From: Raillietiella orientalis
Taxonomy: Eukaryota
Reading direction: 5' to 3'
DNA length: 64,000 nt
NCBI GenBank assembly: GCA_036172245.1
Contig: JAYWIR010000008.1
Span: 5,146,001-5,210,000 of the forward strand
Below, in pieces: positions 24,771 through 37,649 of this stretch (position 1 is its first letter; every line of letters starts with the position of its first letter). Below the pieces are notes generated by a model. It searched no databases, was not told the origin of the DNA, and was given only the letters and a program-made list of their open reading frames with translations. The translations under genes and the position numbers were made by a program.

Positions 24771-25439
24771 CGACTGCGCACGCGTGCCCGGGCAGAAAGT
24801 CTGCCCAGGCAGCGAGCGTTTCAAACGCGAGCGCGCGCGCGATGGATGCGGCAATCGCACATGCAGCCGAAGATTGAAACCGGGAGCAACAGCGGCTCCA
24901 CGTTCCATGCTTGCGCAGGAGACAAAAAAGAAAGAAGACGGACTGTGCTACATAAATCAAAGGAGTGTAGAGATAGGGGGTGGGGGAGGCGTAGGGAACT
25001 GCAAGGAGCAAATCGATTTCGAAATATTTCGACATGTCTGAAGAAGGAGCGGACGGCAGACGCTCTCCCCCAAGGAAGATGAATTTCCCTAATGCAGAGG
25101 ATTCCTCTGAGAATCTCCTGAGCCGCTCCCGAATTTTGGCACACGCACGCGGCAGTGATCAGTGACATTAGAAAACGCTTAAGACATCTCCAGTCTGGTT
25201 GAGAGATGACAAAGAGACCGGCTTGTCATCTCCAAGAGGATGTCAGCATCCCTTTTTCCAAGAAGTCAGATCCTGTAAGCTACCCTCGCCGGTGGGCTGA
25301 GAACTTTGCTTACCCCTCCCTCAGACCGCTAGGTGCATTCAGCTCTTCGAAACCGCTGGTTCGACCTCTACTGAAGGTGGCGGTAGCAGCCAGCATCAGT
25401 GCTGCCTGCTACCGCCACGATTAGCGCCCTCGTGGAAAG

Positions 25440-25900
25440 CATTCGTCCCTATCGTTTCGCACACCTTGTCCTTGTCGGTGATTGGGACGGCTCGGGAGTC
25501 GCTCCCTAGAAGCATACGTCAGACGTCGACTCTCCCTCGCCTCGCACATAAAGCTGACCGAGGCCGTTGTCCCGGGAGGGACGTTCCCCCTTGGGATGAT
25601 GCCGAACCAAGCGAAAGACTTTTTGCTACGACGGCAGCTATCTCCTTGGATTTGTCGACGCCTACCTCTGGAACCCTCAGTGATGAAGGAGCAGGGTCTT
25701 TGACCTCATTGGAGGATTCCCATCATTGCAGGGGATTGTCCGAGGTCGAGACTTGCCTGCAGTCCGACCTGTCCCTGCCGTTATTGTGCATCCATTGTCA
25801 CAGTCACTGTGTCAACAAGGTCACCTTGGTGTTCTTGGAGCAATTCGAGGTCAGGGGCTCTCTAAACTTGACGACCGTCTCTCCGTTCTCTGTGGGCTGG
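25440..25900 (+). mobile_element. LINE RT domains 2-5 remnant
   Basis: ORF 25466-26137 contains CPGRDV, AISLDLS, LQSDLSLPLLCI and CVNKVTLV in RT order (cf. PGRSI, LSLDxxKAFD, RQGDPLSPLLF, YADDVTL). Confidence 0.45.
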
Positions 25901-26501
25901 GCGAAGATTCAGGTGGAGAGCGGTAGCGAAAGAATGCGGGATGATCCGCAAACAGACGGAATTCACTCGTGTCTTCCTAGATCGGGTGCGAAACCTCGGG
26001 TCTTTCTAGTTCGGCCTAGCGTGTCGTGGAGCGCTTTCGCACAGCAGCATGCAGGCCTCAGTCGCCATGGCAAAGCTTTGCAGCTATGCAGCAGGTTCTG
26101 TGACAGCAAGAAAAAAAAGATACTTACCAGTGTTTGAAACACCAACGGAATAAACACCAGGAATGTGATGTTTTTTTTGCTCTCCTGTTTTGCGCTTTCT
26201 CCTGCACTGTCCAGAAACACCAGGCCTTTGTAGGTGACGGAACACCCCGGTCCCGAGACTGTCGAGTCACTTTTCTTTCCCGCGATCCGCGTGTACATGG
26301 CTCGCAGGTGTCCTCCCCCTTTCCCTCCTTTTGTCCTTCGAACTTCCTGTTCTTCACTGGATGCGGTCTTTTCCCCCTGCTGGGGTCAAACGCTCCTGGT
26401 GTTCTTCAACTACTCAGATTAATGGTCGTTCCCTTTGGATCGGGAAACAGGAGCGAAGTGTGACCCTTCTCCGGACTTGAGTTCCCTGCGTGCGAACGTC
26501 G

Positions 26502-26568
26502 CATCCGCTTACTAGAGGATCATTATAGAGCACGTCGTGCTCTATAATGATCTTCTAGTAAGCGGATG
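26502..26568. repeat. 67-bp near-perfect palindrome (33-bp arms, 1-nt centre, one G/T mismatch)
   Basis: CATCCGCTTACTAGAGGATCATTATAGAGCACG-T-CGTGCTCTATAATGATCTTCTAGTAAGCGGATG. Confidence 0.97.
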
Positions 26569-26589
26569 GGTGCCATTCTCGTGGAGACT

Positions 26590-28410
26590 GAGCTCCACAG
26601 CAGCCCGGCCCTCATCTCGAAGATCTCAGCTACTGGAGCTCCAGGCAAGGAGCAGCTTCTACCACTGAGGCAACCTGCTCCTCCTCATGAGTAAAGTGAT
26701 AGAGCGTTTCGGGAGCGATGAAGGACCCGCAGGGGAAGGAAAAGGGAGTCCTCCGGGTCCGTGGAGAAGCGCACTGTGCTCGGAAGCTCCCAACGTCCAC
26801 CTGCATACCGGTTCCGATAATCGAACTGGCAACGGCTGTTCCTCGTCCAGATCTCCGGATGGTCCACCTGCCCACATTCGCAGCAGCGCAACATTCGGAA
26901 TGCGAAACCCTAGAAACCATGGCCACCGCCACCACCCTTGCGCGTATTTTTCCTTCGAGGAAATCACTGCCGTCGGCTGCATTTCCAGAGCAGCAGATCG
27001 CAGCTCCTGTGTCACTTTCCCCGGCAGCCTCCAGAGGCCTCGTGTGCCTCTGGAGGATTTGTGCGCTCCACGTCAGGACGGAGGTCTTAGCCTCCTGACG
27101 CTGGAGCGCGTGGGAATTCAGCTGCGATGGCGCACCATGGCCATCGCGGCGAAGATGTGAAGCACCCCTTGGCGCGTTCCGGCCCGCTTCCTCGCCAGGC
27201 GTGTGTCCGGGACTGAAGGACTCGCGTCTTTTCTTCTGTGGCCCGGCCGGAAAATAAGAAGATACGGCCTTCTCCTGGGACGCATGGCCACCCTGGCAAA
27301 GGAGAACGGGTGGATGGCCTGCAGCCCAGCCACTCCAGCGCATGGCTGGAAGAAACAGTTGGCACGTGGGCGAAGTTAAACCAGCCTAGTGGAGAATCCT
27401 GCAACCGCCTGCGTCCCGGCATCTACACCCGCTGCACGCTGCGCAACATGATCGAGTGTCCCGCCAGAAGCACGTGGGTGGAGACGACCCCCCTTGCTAC
27501 GGCGATGCCCTTCCTGAGAAGGACTCTTCAGAACAGCCGTAAGTCGAGGTGGCAAGTCTCCTGCCGAATCGCAGGCAGAAAGAAGTTGATCAGCGGCTGG
27601 ACCATGGGAGAGCTGGCAGACGCCACGACCCCGAGCGTTCTACCGCGAGGAATACAGAGATGGAGCGAGCAGCTTGGCATCCCGTTGGATGACCTAAAGT
27701 GGCCCCCGTTATTCAGAGACGCATCCACCCTCCCCCTCAAGTGGCAGGAAACGGCGCTGCTGTTGTTGCACTGGGGTCTTCCCTGCAACGCGCGCCGCCA
27801 CCACTGGACGTTGGGGAACGTGGGACAGAACTGTGCAGTGTGCGGGGAGAAGGAATCCCTCCCCCATCTGTTAGTGGACTGTGCTGCCCTCCGGCCCTTG
27901 TGGGAACGTTATGCTACGACCCTCCCTATGCCGGTCGGCAGTACCCCCAGAGACGTTGTGAGACTCCTCTTCCTGCGAGACGCCCTGCCACCAGCCTCAA
28001 CCCTGGCAGCGCTCTGCTGCCTCCGAGGGATTGTGGCTGCATGGAGCGCAGCCAACAGAGGAAGCAGCGACAGATACCCCATCGTACACGCGGGTCGCTA
28101 CCTGCGAATCGCGATCGGCTGGTCCCATCTGGGAGCTATGACGAGGGACCTCGAGGGCATCCTGGAAAGGATGGTCCCCTCCTCCAGCGGGCTGTGATCC
28201 CTTCCCGGCCCTCCAAATAGTTTCTTTTTGTTATTTCATTTATTTTTCTTTTTGTTTTACCCCCTATCCCCTCCGCTGCCGAGGAGGACAAGCTGGCCTC
28301 AGGACCGGCTTCCTGGCAGGTCCCATGAACTTTTGGCCGTAGCGGGGCCTAGTACCGCAAATGTAAAGTGTTTATAAATAAACGCCCCGGCGTGACCGGG
28401 TGAGAACTCC
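26590..28410 (+). mobile_element. Best-preserved copy of L1/Tx1-like family A: post-RT region, zf-RVT (open frame 27238-28197), 3' UTR and terminal motif
   Basis: RPRVPLEDLCAPRQDGGLSL (post-RT LxxPxxxGGL motif) and LLHWGLPCNARRHHW...CAVCGEKESLPHLLVDCAALRPLW (CCHC zf-RVT). T-rich 3' UTR with AATAAA at ~28377. Confidence 0.85.
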
Positions 28411-29449
28411 CCGGCAGCTGCCATTTGCCTCCGACTCCTCGTCCAGAATCACAGCCCCTCCCTTCCGATCCTCCCGTCATCAAGAGTCCGAAACCTCCTC
28501 ACGCGTTGCTTGGGAAACCGCCCTGTCAACATCGTTTCGCACGTTTTCATGAACGCCGCACGCTGCGGGTACAAAGGATACTTCTTCTCGCCGTCATGGT
28601 TACGGCCTGTCTCCTGTCGAGGGAGGTCTGCTCCCAACAGTAAGCCCCCTTCTCTTCAGGCATTGCAGGAAGTGTTCACCCATCTCTCCTCAGGCTGCAG
28701 CCCAACTCATTTCAGAAATCACGTGGTTTGCTATGTCTTGCCGACGCTCCCAGCTGCATCTCCTTGCTTTTGTGTGTGATCTGCAACAAAGGCGAAAAAT
28801 TCTAAGAACTCGCATCTCTTTCTCCCCTCAGCATTCTTCTTCTCTGGTAGCATAATTTCCTCTGGAAACAGCTTCACGTTTCTCTGACGCTCCCTTTCTC
28901 ACAGCTACGTACCACATACCTCTTGCCGGATTCGCCCGCACATGTCGATAATTCTTTCCTTTTCTCTCTTTTTTGCTCCGTCCTCAACTTAATCCGTTCG
29001 TTTGCGACGCCTTCGCCGGTTGCCTTGCTCTGCTCTACTGCGCCTTCACCGATCCTCCGTGGCAGATTTGGCAGTCGGGTCGAGCTCTAATATTCCATAC
29101 ATCAGCTGCTGTCCAATCAATCCGGTTGTCTTCGTGTAAGCAGCGGCATTGCGCTCGAGGTGGCGGATCTTTTCCCTTTCTGAACTCCTGAACTGAACTC
29201 CTTCTCCTCTTCTTCCCTTTCTTATATTCCTCTTCTTCCTCCTCTTTCTCCTTCTTCCTCCCATCCTTGTTCTCCCCTTCTTTCCTTCCTTCTTCTTCCT
29301 CCTCCTCTTCTTCACAGTCGTCGTCATCATTATCAATACCCTTATCATGATCATCGACATCATTCTAATCTTCGTTATCCCCTTTCTCCCTTTCGTCTGT
29401 CCCCCCTCATCCGCTCTTCCTTTATCAAAAGCTGCAGCTCTCGAATCTC

Positions 29450-30450
29450 GCCGCCGCCCCTCGCCATCACCAGACTGGTCCGAGTAGCAGGTGGGGAGCC
29501 TGCTTGGAGTGGCTGAGGATGAGCCTCCCATCCGGTCACCAACAAAGTCACCTACTTTGCTCCCATCTTACCTTCCATGCAGCGTCCAGGCGAGCCCGCA
29601 CGGCCCTCCTCTTTCGCTATTGACCCAGGGAAGTCCGAGGAGTCGGGAGAAAAGAAACGCTGGCTGTGGCTTTCGGGACATCCCAGAGGGAAGATAGCTA
29701 GCGAAGCTCTCTCCAAGAATACCCCGAAGAAAAACACGGTGGGCAGCCGCTGTGCTGAAAGTTCCAGGAGGCTGAGGCAGTGGCATCCCAGAAAGGGAAA
29801 GGCGAGCTGGCGTGCCTCCCAGTACAGGACAGAGGGTGGGAGATCCTGGAGCCTCTCGCCTCCTGCTTGCTCGTGCTGGCCCTGTCTAAACTCCTGGGTG
29901 AAGAGAGAAAGTGGTGCAATGGTGGTGCTCTCACTCAGGGACTGCCTTTGGCCTATTACGGGTGCTTTCCCCCGGGAAATTCGCAGCTTCCCGGACGGAT
30001 GTCAGAAGCTTCCCTTCTCTCCCTTTCTCTCTCGATAACTCCATAGGATAACTCCTTGGGGTCATTTTCCCCTCCCAGGGATTTTTTTTCTTCCCTTAGA
30101 GCGCACATTCTCCCCAGTGCAGTTCTCGTCTGGTGCAGAGGGACCGTGGGAAGCAGGTATGTATGTGGAAAGAGGGGAACAAGCACAAAAATCATGACCC
30201 ACTTGTTAGTTGGGGACTGCAGCCTGAGAAGACTGAGACCAGAAGGGACGCCACCTCCCTCCCTCCATACCTGGATTGACTTCCGGCAGGAGCCCCACCT
30301 GGGATAGAAGAGAGGGAGGGAAGGGAGATGATAGAAGGGGAGCGACACAGACGCATCCCGAGTGCGAGGGTCTTGTCCAGAGCAAGGGCGCGATCTGTGA
30401 CTCCATGTGGAGTCTGCTGCCTCCCACGCACCTTAGACTCTGTCCTTTCC
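29450..30450 (+). mobile_element. L1-like ORF2 3' fragment
   Basis: KRWLWLSGHPRGKIASEAL followed by LRAHILPSAVLVWCRG...YVCGKRGTSTKIMTHLLVGDC (zf-RVT-like). Confidence 0.55.
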
Positions 30451-31749
30451 CTCGCCGGGGGACTGCGAGCGCTCTCTCTATCTCTCCTCCCTTGCATACA
30501 GGGCGGCGACCGCCCCGCCCTCGCTCGCTCTCCCTTTCAGCATTCCCCCTCTTCCCGGTGCATCATCACCCTTCCCGGGGAGAAAGGGGTGGGGGATTTC
30601 CCCGGGGGATGGAACTTTCCCGGAAGAGGCTACCCGTCTCGAGGTCCCCAAGGAAGCCGGGGGCAGGAAATCTCTCCGAAAAAGAGGAGGAAGAGAGGAG
30701 GAGAAGGGGGAGTGAGTTTGGATCCTCTCCCTTCCGTCTCACCCCTTTCTACTTCCGGAAGGGTGGAGAGCCACGTTCTTTGCCACATTCCTTCTTCCCC
30801 TTCCAAGGAATTGGGAGAGAGGCTGGAGGAGGGGGAGAGCCGCAGTCCTCCCCTCCCCCTCCATTCCGCCCTTCTCTGCCGTCCTCGGACTGCTGGAGCG
30901 AAGGTCTCCGATCAGATGGGGGGAAGCTAGCGGTCGTTCGCCTCCCTCCGCAATTTCTCCTCCCCCTCCCCGCCAATCAGGAAGCGGTCGGAACCTCCCC
31001 AGCATCGAAAGGAAAAGAGGAAGGAGGGTACCACGTCCCTGGAGGATCGGCGAGGAGGGGAGGAGAGGGAGAGTGAAAAGGGGTTTTCCTATCCAGAAGA
31101 AGCCGCTGCTCCGCAGCAGTCCTCTCTGCTCCCCGCAGGAAGCTGCGGTGGTGACTTCCCCATCCCCACCCCGAGGATCTCCCATTCCCTAGCCCCATCC
31201 TCCCGCGATCTCCTCCTCGGGTTGATGTAAGTTCTCCTTTTCGGAGTGTCAGGGAAAGGCAATGGAGGTGCGAGTGGTCCCATCCTCCCCCCTCCCCTTC
31301 ATTCGGTGCTGAGCATCGAAGGGAGGGGAGTACCTCTCCTTCGGGATTCCCCTCGAGAACGACCCATCGTCCCACCCTCAGCCTACGGGATCAAAAGGAG
31401 GAGCCTTCCCCATCCAGAGTAAGCTTCCCGCTCTTACTCCGTCTCCTTCCCCTCCCCCTCTTCTGCGTCCAGGATCTCGGAGAACTCCCTTCACTCCGGG
31501 AGTCTGGAAGAGCGGGGATCTATGAAACCTACGGTTGCCGTCCGCTCTCCCTCACCCCCAGGAGGTCGCGAGTGACCAGCCGCAAGTGGCTTGGAGGCTG
31601 CCAGTCATCTCCGGAGATCGTGTAGCGGTTCCGGAGGTGACTGCGGAGACGGCGGTGGTCCAGGGTTCAGAGAGCCGCCTTCTGGAAACCCACGACAGCA
31701 GCTTTCAATCGTTCCTTGCGGTATTCCCTCATGAGGAGCCCTGCCTAAC

Positions 31750-32700
31750 GCCAACGCCGGGGGTACCGGAGGAAAGGCTTGTGAAGGAGGAAAGTTCCCA
31801 CAGGTGATGTCCCTGCTGCCTTCCCCTATCTTCAAGAAGCCCCGATGGGAACCTCGGTGCTTCGGCGGCTCCAAGTCGAGTAGAGAGCAAGGGGAGTAGT
31901 AGCAAGTGAGGTGGGGAGGGCAGACCCAGGGATCGGAATACTTGGCCCCACGCGCCGACCGCTCCCTCCTTTCCGAGATGGTGCACGCGGGCAGAGCAGC
32001 GGAGCTCCCGCTCGGTGCACCCCAGAGGGAACCAGTCGGTCTGCTTCCTCGGCTCCCGGAATCCCGCCGAATCGTTCTTTTCCCTTCATCGGGCACCGGG
32101 AGGAGGTGATGGGGCACCTACGAGTTGTCGGTGCTCACCGCGGGACCTACGACGGCGCGTTCGTCCTCGATCTCGCGAGTCCCTCCTCATCCCCACTCGA
32201 GGCCGACTCCCATTCAAACGTCCGCGCGAGATCCCAGTGCCCTTAGCGTCGAGAAGGAGGGTGAGCGAGGGTTTCCCACCAGCATGCAAGTCGAACCGCT
32301 TCCGGTTGCCTCCGCTTTTAATGCGCCCTCCTCGATCCCTCCCGGCTCCGCCCCTCGACGCGAGAGATCTGAATGCGCCTACTCCAAGGAGATGCGCCGC
32401 CGGCAGGAGGACGAAGAAGCAAACCCGCGGCCCCCTGAAGTCTACCTCGGATAGAGGGAGTGCTAGAGACGGTCCGGAGAAGGCAAAGCAGGGGGGACCT
32501 CTGACCCGTTGCAATTGCACCTGGGGTCGCCGACCGACCTGATTTGCTAGAAGACGCCCTACTGGCGAGGCAGGTGGAGGAGCACCGCTTGTTCCTTCCC
32601 AGGAGGCGTCCTTCCCTCCCGGCCTTTCCTCGCCTCGTGAGTTCCCTTCTCACGGAAGGCGTTTGTCCTTTTCCTTCTTCCCAAGAGCCCCCAAATGGAC
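31750..32700 (+). mobile_element. Non-LTR RT remnant (domains 2-5)
   Basis: GAFVLDLAS (cf. AFLDLAKAF), AKQGGPLT (cf. VKQGDPLS) and LPAF (cf. LAFADD) in order, across frameshifts. Confidence 0.45.
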
Positions 32701-35700
32701 CGAGTCCGTCCATTATTGGAAGGTAGACACATGCATTGGCCTGATGTCAGGAGGGAGTGCGGCGAAGATGCTTCGATACCCCCGCGGGGCGGAGCCAGAA
32801 GGACGAAAAGGCTGGCGCTTGTGCCGGCCACGAGTCTGGTCGTAGAGGAAGAGGAGAGATGCTGGGATTCCCTCCATCGCGTGTGGTAGTGACCGCTATT
32901 CTGGAAGAGGGGGAGAAGGGAGGCACCACCAGCATCACTCTCACCAGAAAAAAGGAGAACGATGGCTTCACCTCTCCCAGAGGAGATGAGCTCTGCCTTC
33001 TGCTCGCAGCGGTGCCAACCTACGAGATAGGCCGCCTCCATCAGCCCCTAACTCCCCTTTCCTTGCGAGTATGCACCCTTCCCCGAAGACCACCAGCCTT
33101 GGGATCTCCGGTCGTCCCCATCGGAGCGACAGCTCCTTCGCAGAAAGCAGGAGTTCGCACGACAGCCACATCGATCACAAGTGCGCGCAGTAAGGGGAAG
33201 AAGTATGTCAACGACGATGGGGAGGACGAGGAGGTAGAGGAAGTGGTCGAGTAGTGGTAAGCGGGAGGAGACGATCGCAAACCAGTGCGGCATGCACCAG
33301 GCACGACTCAGGACCTCCGCTTGACTTGCTCCGGCAGCAGCTGTCCTCGGACGGCGCCGGTCCATTGCAGTTCTTCTGCCTCTTTCTCGCTTCCTACCCT
33401 CTCTGGCATCTTCATCCTCGAGGGCAGTTTCCGCTTCCAGGAACCCACCGTCTGGTAGCTTCCTCTCTATCTTCGCTACAGGACCTTCTTCTCCTTTTTC
33501 CCTTCTCAGACCTTGGCAAGATGTGCGAAGGATCTCTCGCCAGTGGCTAGAGATGCTCCGACGAGCACTCCAACAGTTGCAGGCATTCATTTCTAGTGAA
33601 ACTTTTCTTTTAACGGCTGCACTCCGACCTGCCTCGAAGGTTCTCTTTTTCTCCTTTCTACACCTCCTCCTTCCGATCCTTTCCTGAACCCGTCTCTGGT
33701 CTGCGGTGACCTCCATGGCTGTTGGAAACTCCTCATGGACGCCCTGCTTCCCTAAGGTGATGGCCCGAAGCATCCGGGAACGGTAGCGCTGCTCCGCGCG
33801 CAATGGCCTTTCGCTCGCCGCCCCTTCCGCGATCCTGCGGCTCGCTGCGGCGCGCGCGAGGGACGCCAGCAGGAATAGCGGGAAAGCCGTTCGCTTCACT
33901 TCGCCGGTGACGAGGAACATGGCCGAGGCGACCGCGCTTGCCGCAGGAAGCGAAGGAGGACATTGCCAGAAACCTCACTCGGATTCATGGGGGAGTGGCG
34001 AGGCAATCCAGCCCTTCCCTCTGTCGTCTACTTATTTTTGACGTGTAGCATCTCCCCATCCTCTTGCCGCCCCGGTCTTCTGGTACAGCCGACTTTCGAG
34101 TCAGTGTGCTCCAACACCAACGGCGTCAGGATTGGTCTCCCACACCGCATGTTTATTCCAATCTGCTTCCTTGGAAGATGAACTTCCCGGCATGCCAGGG
34201 TGGTGGCAGCAAGATCAACCATCGCCTCCAGGTCGACTACGGCAGCATTCTGATAAGGACAAAAATGGGGAAGGAAGGAAGTGGAGCTATCTCGCTTTTC
34301 TCCCTGAAGAAGGAAGAAGGCATCCGGGCTGAGGGAAGGTGCCCGCATAGTGCTTCCACCACGACTCCGAAGATCTCCAGGGAGCCATCAAAGGGTGGCG
34401 TATCCCGGGTCCAGTTCGGCATCCTGCAGAGAAAGCAGCGAATTCCGGAACGGTCTTGGGCTTGGTGCTTGTGAGCCTCGTTCTGCCGCTCTGCGCGTGC
34501 GCTTGTACCCAGAACAATTGCCCCGCGGCTAGCCGATGATGGACCTGCACGTCGTAAGACAGCAGCAATTGTGCAGCTCAACCGATGGGGGCGGATCCCC
34601 GCTTGGAAACGAGGACGACTCCTTCTCAAGAGCCAAAAATTTCAAAGTTTCAGGCCATCACCAAGAATCCATCCAGGATCAAAAAAGCACGCAAGTCAGA
34701 GCTGAATAGTTGGATATCCAGGACGAGATCGGTAAAGGTCCGAAAAAATCCCAAACAAACAAAGAGGGAGGAAGATCTTGGACTTATCAGGCGAGGTGCC
34801 TCCTAGGTCTCGAAGTCATCCTTGGTCATCTCAGGGTGTCTCGGCCGAAGGTCGCTGGACGGATCCCTCCCGTGGATTCCACGCCTGCTCTCAGGTCCTC
34901 AAGACCCCTCCCGCGCAGCATGCGCACACCCTGCCACCTAAGATGGATCCTGACATCGGGGGGCAGCACCGGATGCGTAGAGCCCCCATATGACCTAAAG
35001 CTTGGGAAACGCCGTGGAAAGAACGACACCTTCGTGTCAACAATCCGTGGGTGCTCCCGATTGTTGCGGAAAAACGGCAGAAACGGACAGCAGCCGTTTC
35101 CTGTTTCAGGCTTACCTGCTGGGAACCGAATCGCGCTGGAAACCCTGGAGGAAATTCCTCTGCAGCGAGATGCGTCGCAGCTTGCGCACGGGCTCTCCGT
35201 CTCCCACCTTGCGAAGAGACAACTCAATGGCATCCTCGACAGTTTGGCATGCTGGAATCCCGCAAGCCGCGTCCGTGCCTCGGATTTCGGCATAAGGAAG
35301 ACCCGCAAGACGGATGTGGAAGGAGCCTTCATTCACTCCACGGGAGCAGCAGCACTTTTACTCCGGGGAGCCTCTCCCTTCTGGGGGAAGCGCTCACAGC
35401 TGCTTCCGTAATCGGTCGCCCGTCCTTCAGCGCTGCAGCCGTAGCATCCGGAGACGAAGGTGACCGCAGGGAAGGCGGAGGAGCAAGAACGCATGAAACG
35501 CGCTTCCTCACAGAAGTTTCCCCGGCAGCCCTACCGTCCTCTGGAAGGTATTTTAAACCGGAGTGCTATTTCCCGGTGTTTTGAAACACGGTGTTTTTTT
35601 TTCTTCTCTTTCTTCCCTCTTCTGGCAGTTCCCATTTTTATTGTTACGCTGCTTCAGTAATAAAGTAACCCAGCTCCGTTCTCCTCTGAGCTCCGGATCT

Positions 35701-37649
35701 CTCATCTTCTTCACGTTCCGCTAAATTGGACTTTTGTCCATAAGTTTCCGTGTCGATAAACCCTGGATGGAAGCTGGAGTTCATCTTCCGCAATCACGGA
35801 GGATCCATCTTGAATACTTTAGAGGAATCGTGCTGGGAAAGTCAAGTGATAAGTTCTTTCCCCACGTGGGCTGCAGCATCAGTTGCACCGGCATCTTGTT
35901 CCTGAAGTGAAATATTCCCCTCCTCTTTGTTTTTATTTGTTTGTTTTTGTAAGCGTATTTTTTTTTTTTTTGATGGGGGGGGGCTTTTTGTTTTTGCTTT
36001 CGGCTGGCCCTGCAGATCTTTTCGGAGAACGAAACTCTGTGACGTCAAGGCAAATTCGCTTTGTACAGGAAGGGAAGGAGGAGCGGAATTTCAAAAAACT
36101 GGAGAGGATCTGGAGAGGAAATCGAAGGGGCGAGCGATTTGTGAGGAGCGCCTTCGGGAGCTCGGAGAGTCCCGTGTCCGCGAGGCATTCCCAATTCCCT
36201 CTCCCCTCCCTCCCCCCAATCACTCCCCCTCCGCGTCTGTTGCTTCGACGCCGCTGGAGTGCACGCGGCCGACTAGAAAGATCAGGCCGTTTCTTTCCTC
36301 CCTCCATTTTTTCATTTTTTCTTTCTTTCTTTTTCATTCGCTTCTTGTTCACCGCCCTTTCCTCCGCACCCCAGGGCGTGCCAATATTCACAGACGTTTG
36401 GGAACCCTGCGCGGAGCACCCTGAGATGTCTGGGAGCCTTGTGATAGAGGAACCTGACGGCCGCTATCGAAACGAAACGAAGAGACTCCCGAAAGCATTG
36501 GGAGGAAGAAACCGCCCCTCTTCCCTCTCCCACGCTCCTACTCCCAGCACCTCCCCCCCTTCCTCGGGGTGCTCCTCGGGAACACGCGAACGGAACAGCC
36601 GTGTCTCAGCATCTCCTTACTCCAAAGTGACGCATCGCGGGGAAAGGAACCGAGGGAGGAGTGGCCGGATTTTCCAAGCCATCCGAGTTCTCCTTCCGCC
36701 ACCATCGCGCACCCCCCCAGCAAGCTCTTCGGCATGTCCGTCCCTGCTTTTCGCTGTCCACTCACCCACCTGCCATGGCATGATGGCTCCCTGAGAGCAC
36801 CCGAAGCGGAAGGAGTTGCCGCGGCAGTGCGCACGCACCTCGGACGGGACCAGGCATCAGGAGCGCTCGCTGCAGCTGTTAGTCAGCTCCGCTTACTTCT
36901 AGCGGGCCGTCGGAATTCAAGTGAAGCGGTGGGAGTCACCCACGAGCGCGACGCTCCCCTCGCCGACCCGGCCGTCAGCAGGACGACAGGAGTCGGGGCA
37001 TCCTTTGGCAGAAGCCCCGAAAAGCACGGCAGCTGCAGAGTGGGGTGGCGGAAACCCTCCCCTCCTCCCTTTTTCAGATGCGACGCCGTGCTTCCATGCC
37101 AGCTTCCCTTGGTGATTCGGGAAGTGCATGAGCGGCCGATCCAGAGACGTGACCGTGTTGCCCCCTTCCTGTCGCGCGCCCTCCACTGACACCCTCGCGG
37201 CCTTCCCTCTTTTTGCCAGGCACGGCGGCGTTTGTTTCGAGCGACCCTGCTGACCCCCTCACTTTCAGGGAAAGCAGGAATGGATTCCTCCGATCCTTTC
37301 TTTCCATAAGTTCCTCTGCCGTGGGTTTCTGTTCCAGACACCGCTGCTCCTTCTGTGACCATAAAGTTCGCTCGTTCCGCTCTCATCTTCCTCCTCGTAG
37401 GGAAGGGAAGGAGGAAGCCGACCTTCCTCACGGTGCACTGAGTGGACCTCTCCCTGTCTCGCATCACGAACATTAACAGATGGACAGGTAACCTCTGCGA
37501 GACCATCATCAGTGGCCGAGACAGGGAGGAGGTGGAGAAGGAGAACGAAGAAAGAGGAGGAGGAAGGAGAGGAAAGAGAAGGAAGGGAGGAGGAGGAAAG
37601 GAAGAAGGGAAAAGAAGGAAGAGAGGAAGAAAAGAAGCGAGGAGAATGG

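Noticed and set aside
28381..28425. tRNA 3'-half-like sequence ending in CCA after the LINE
   Set aside because: The T-loop is non-canonical and the other two copies lack the CCA-ending part. It is treated instead as the family terminal motif.
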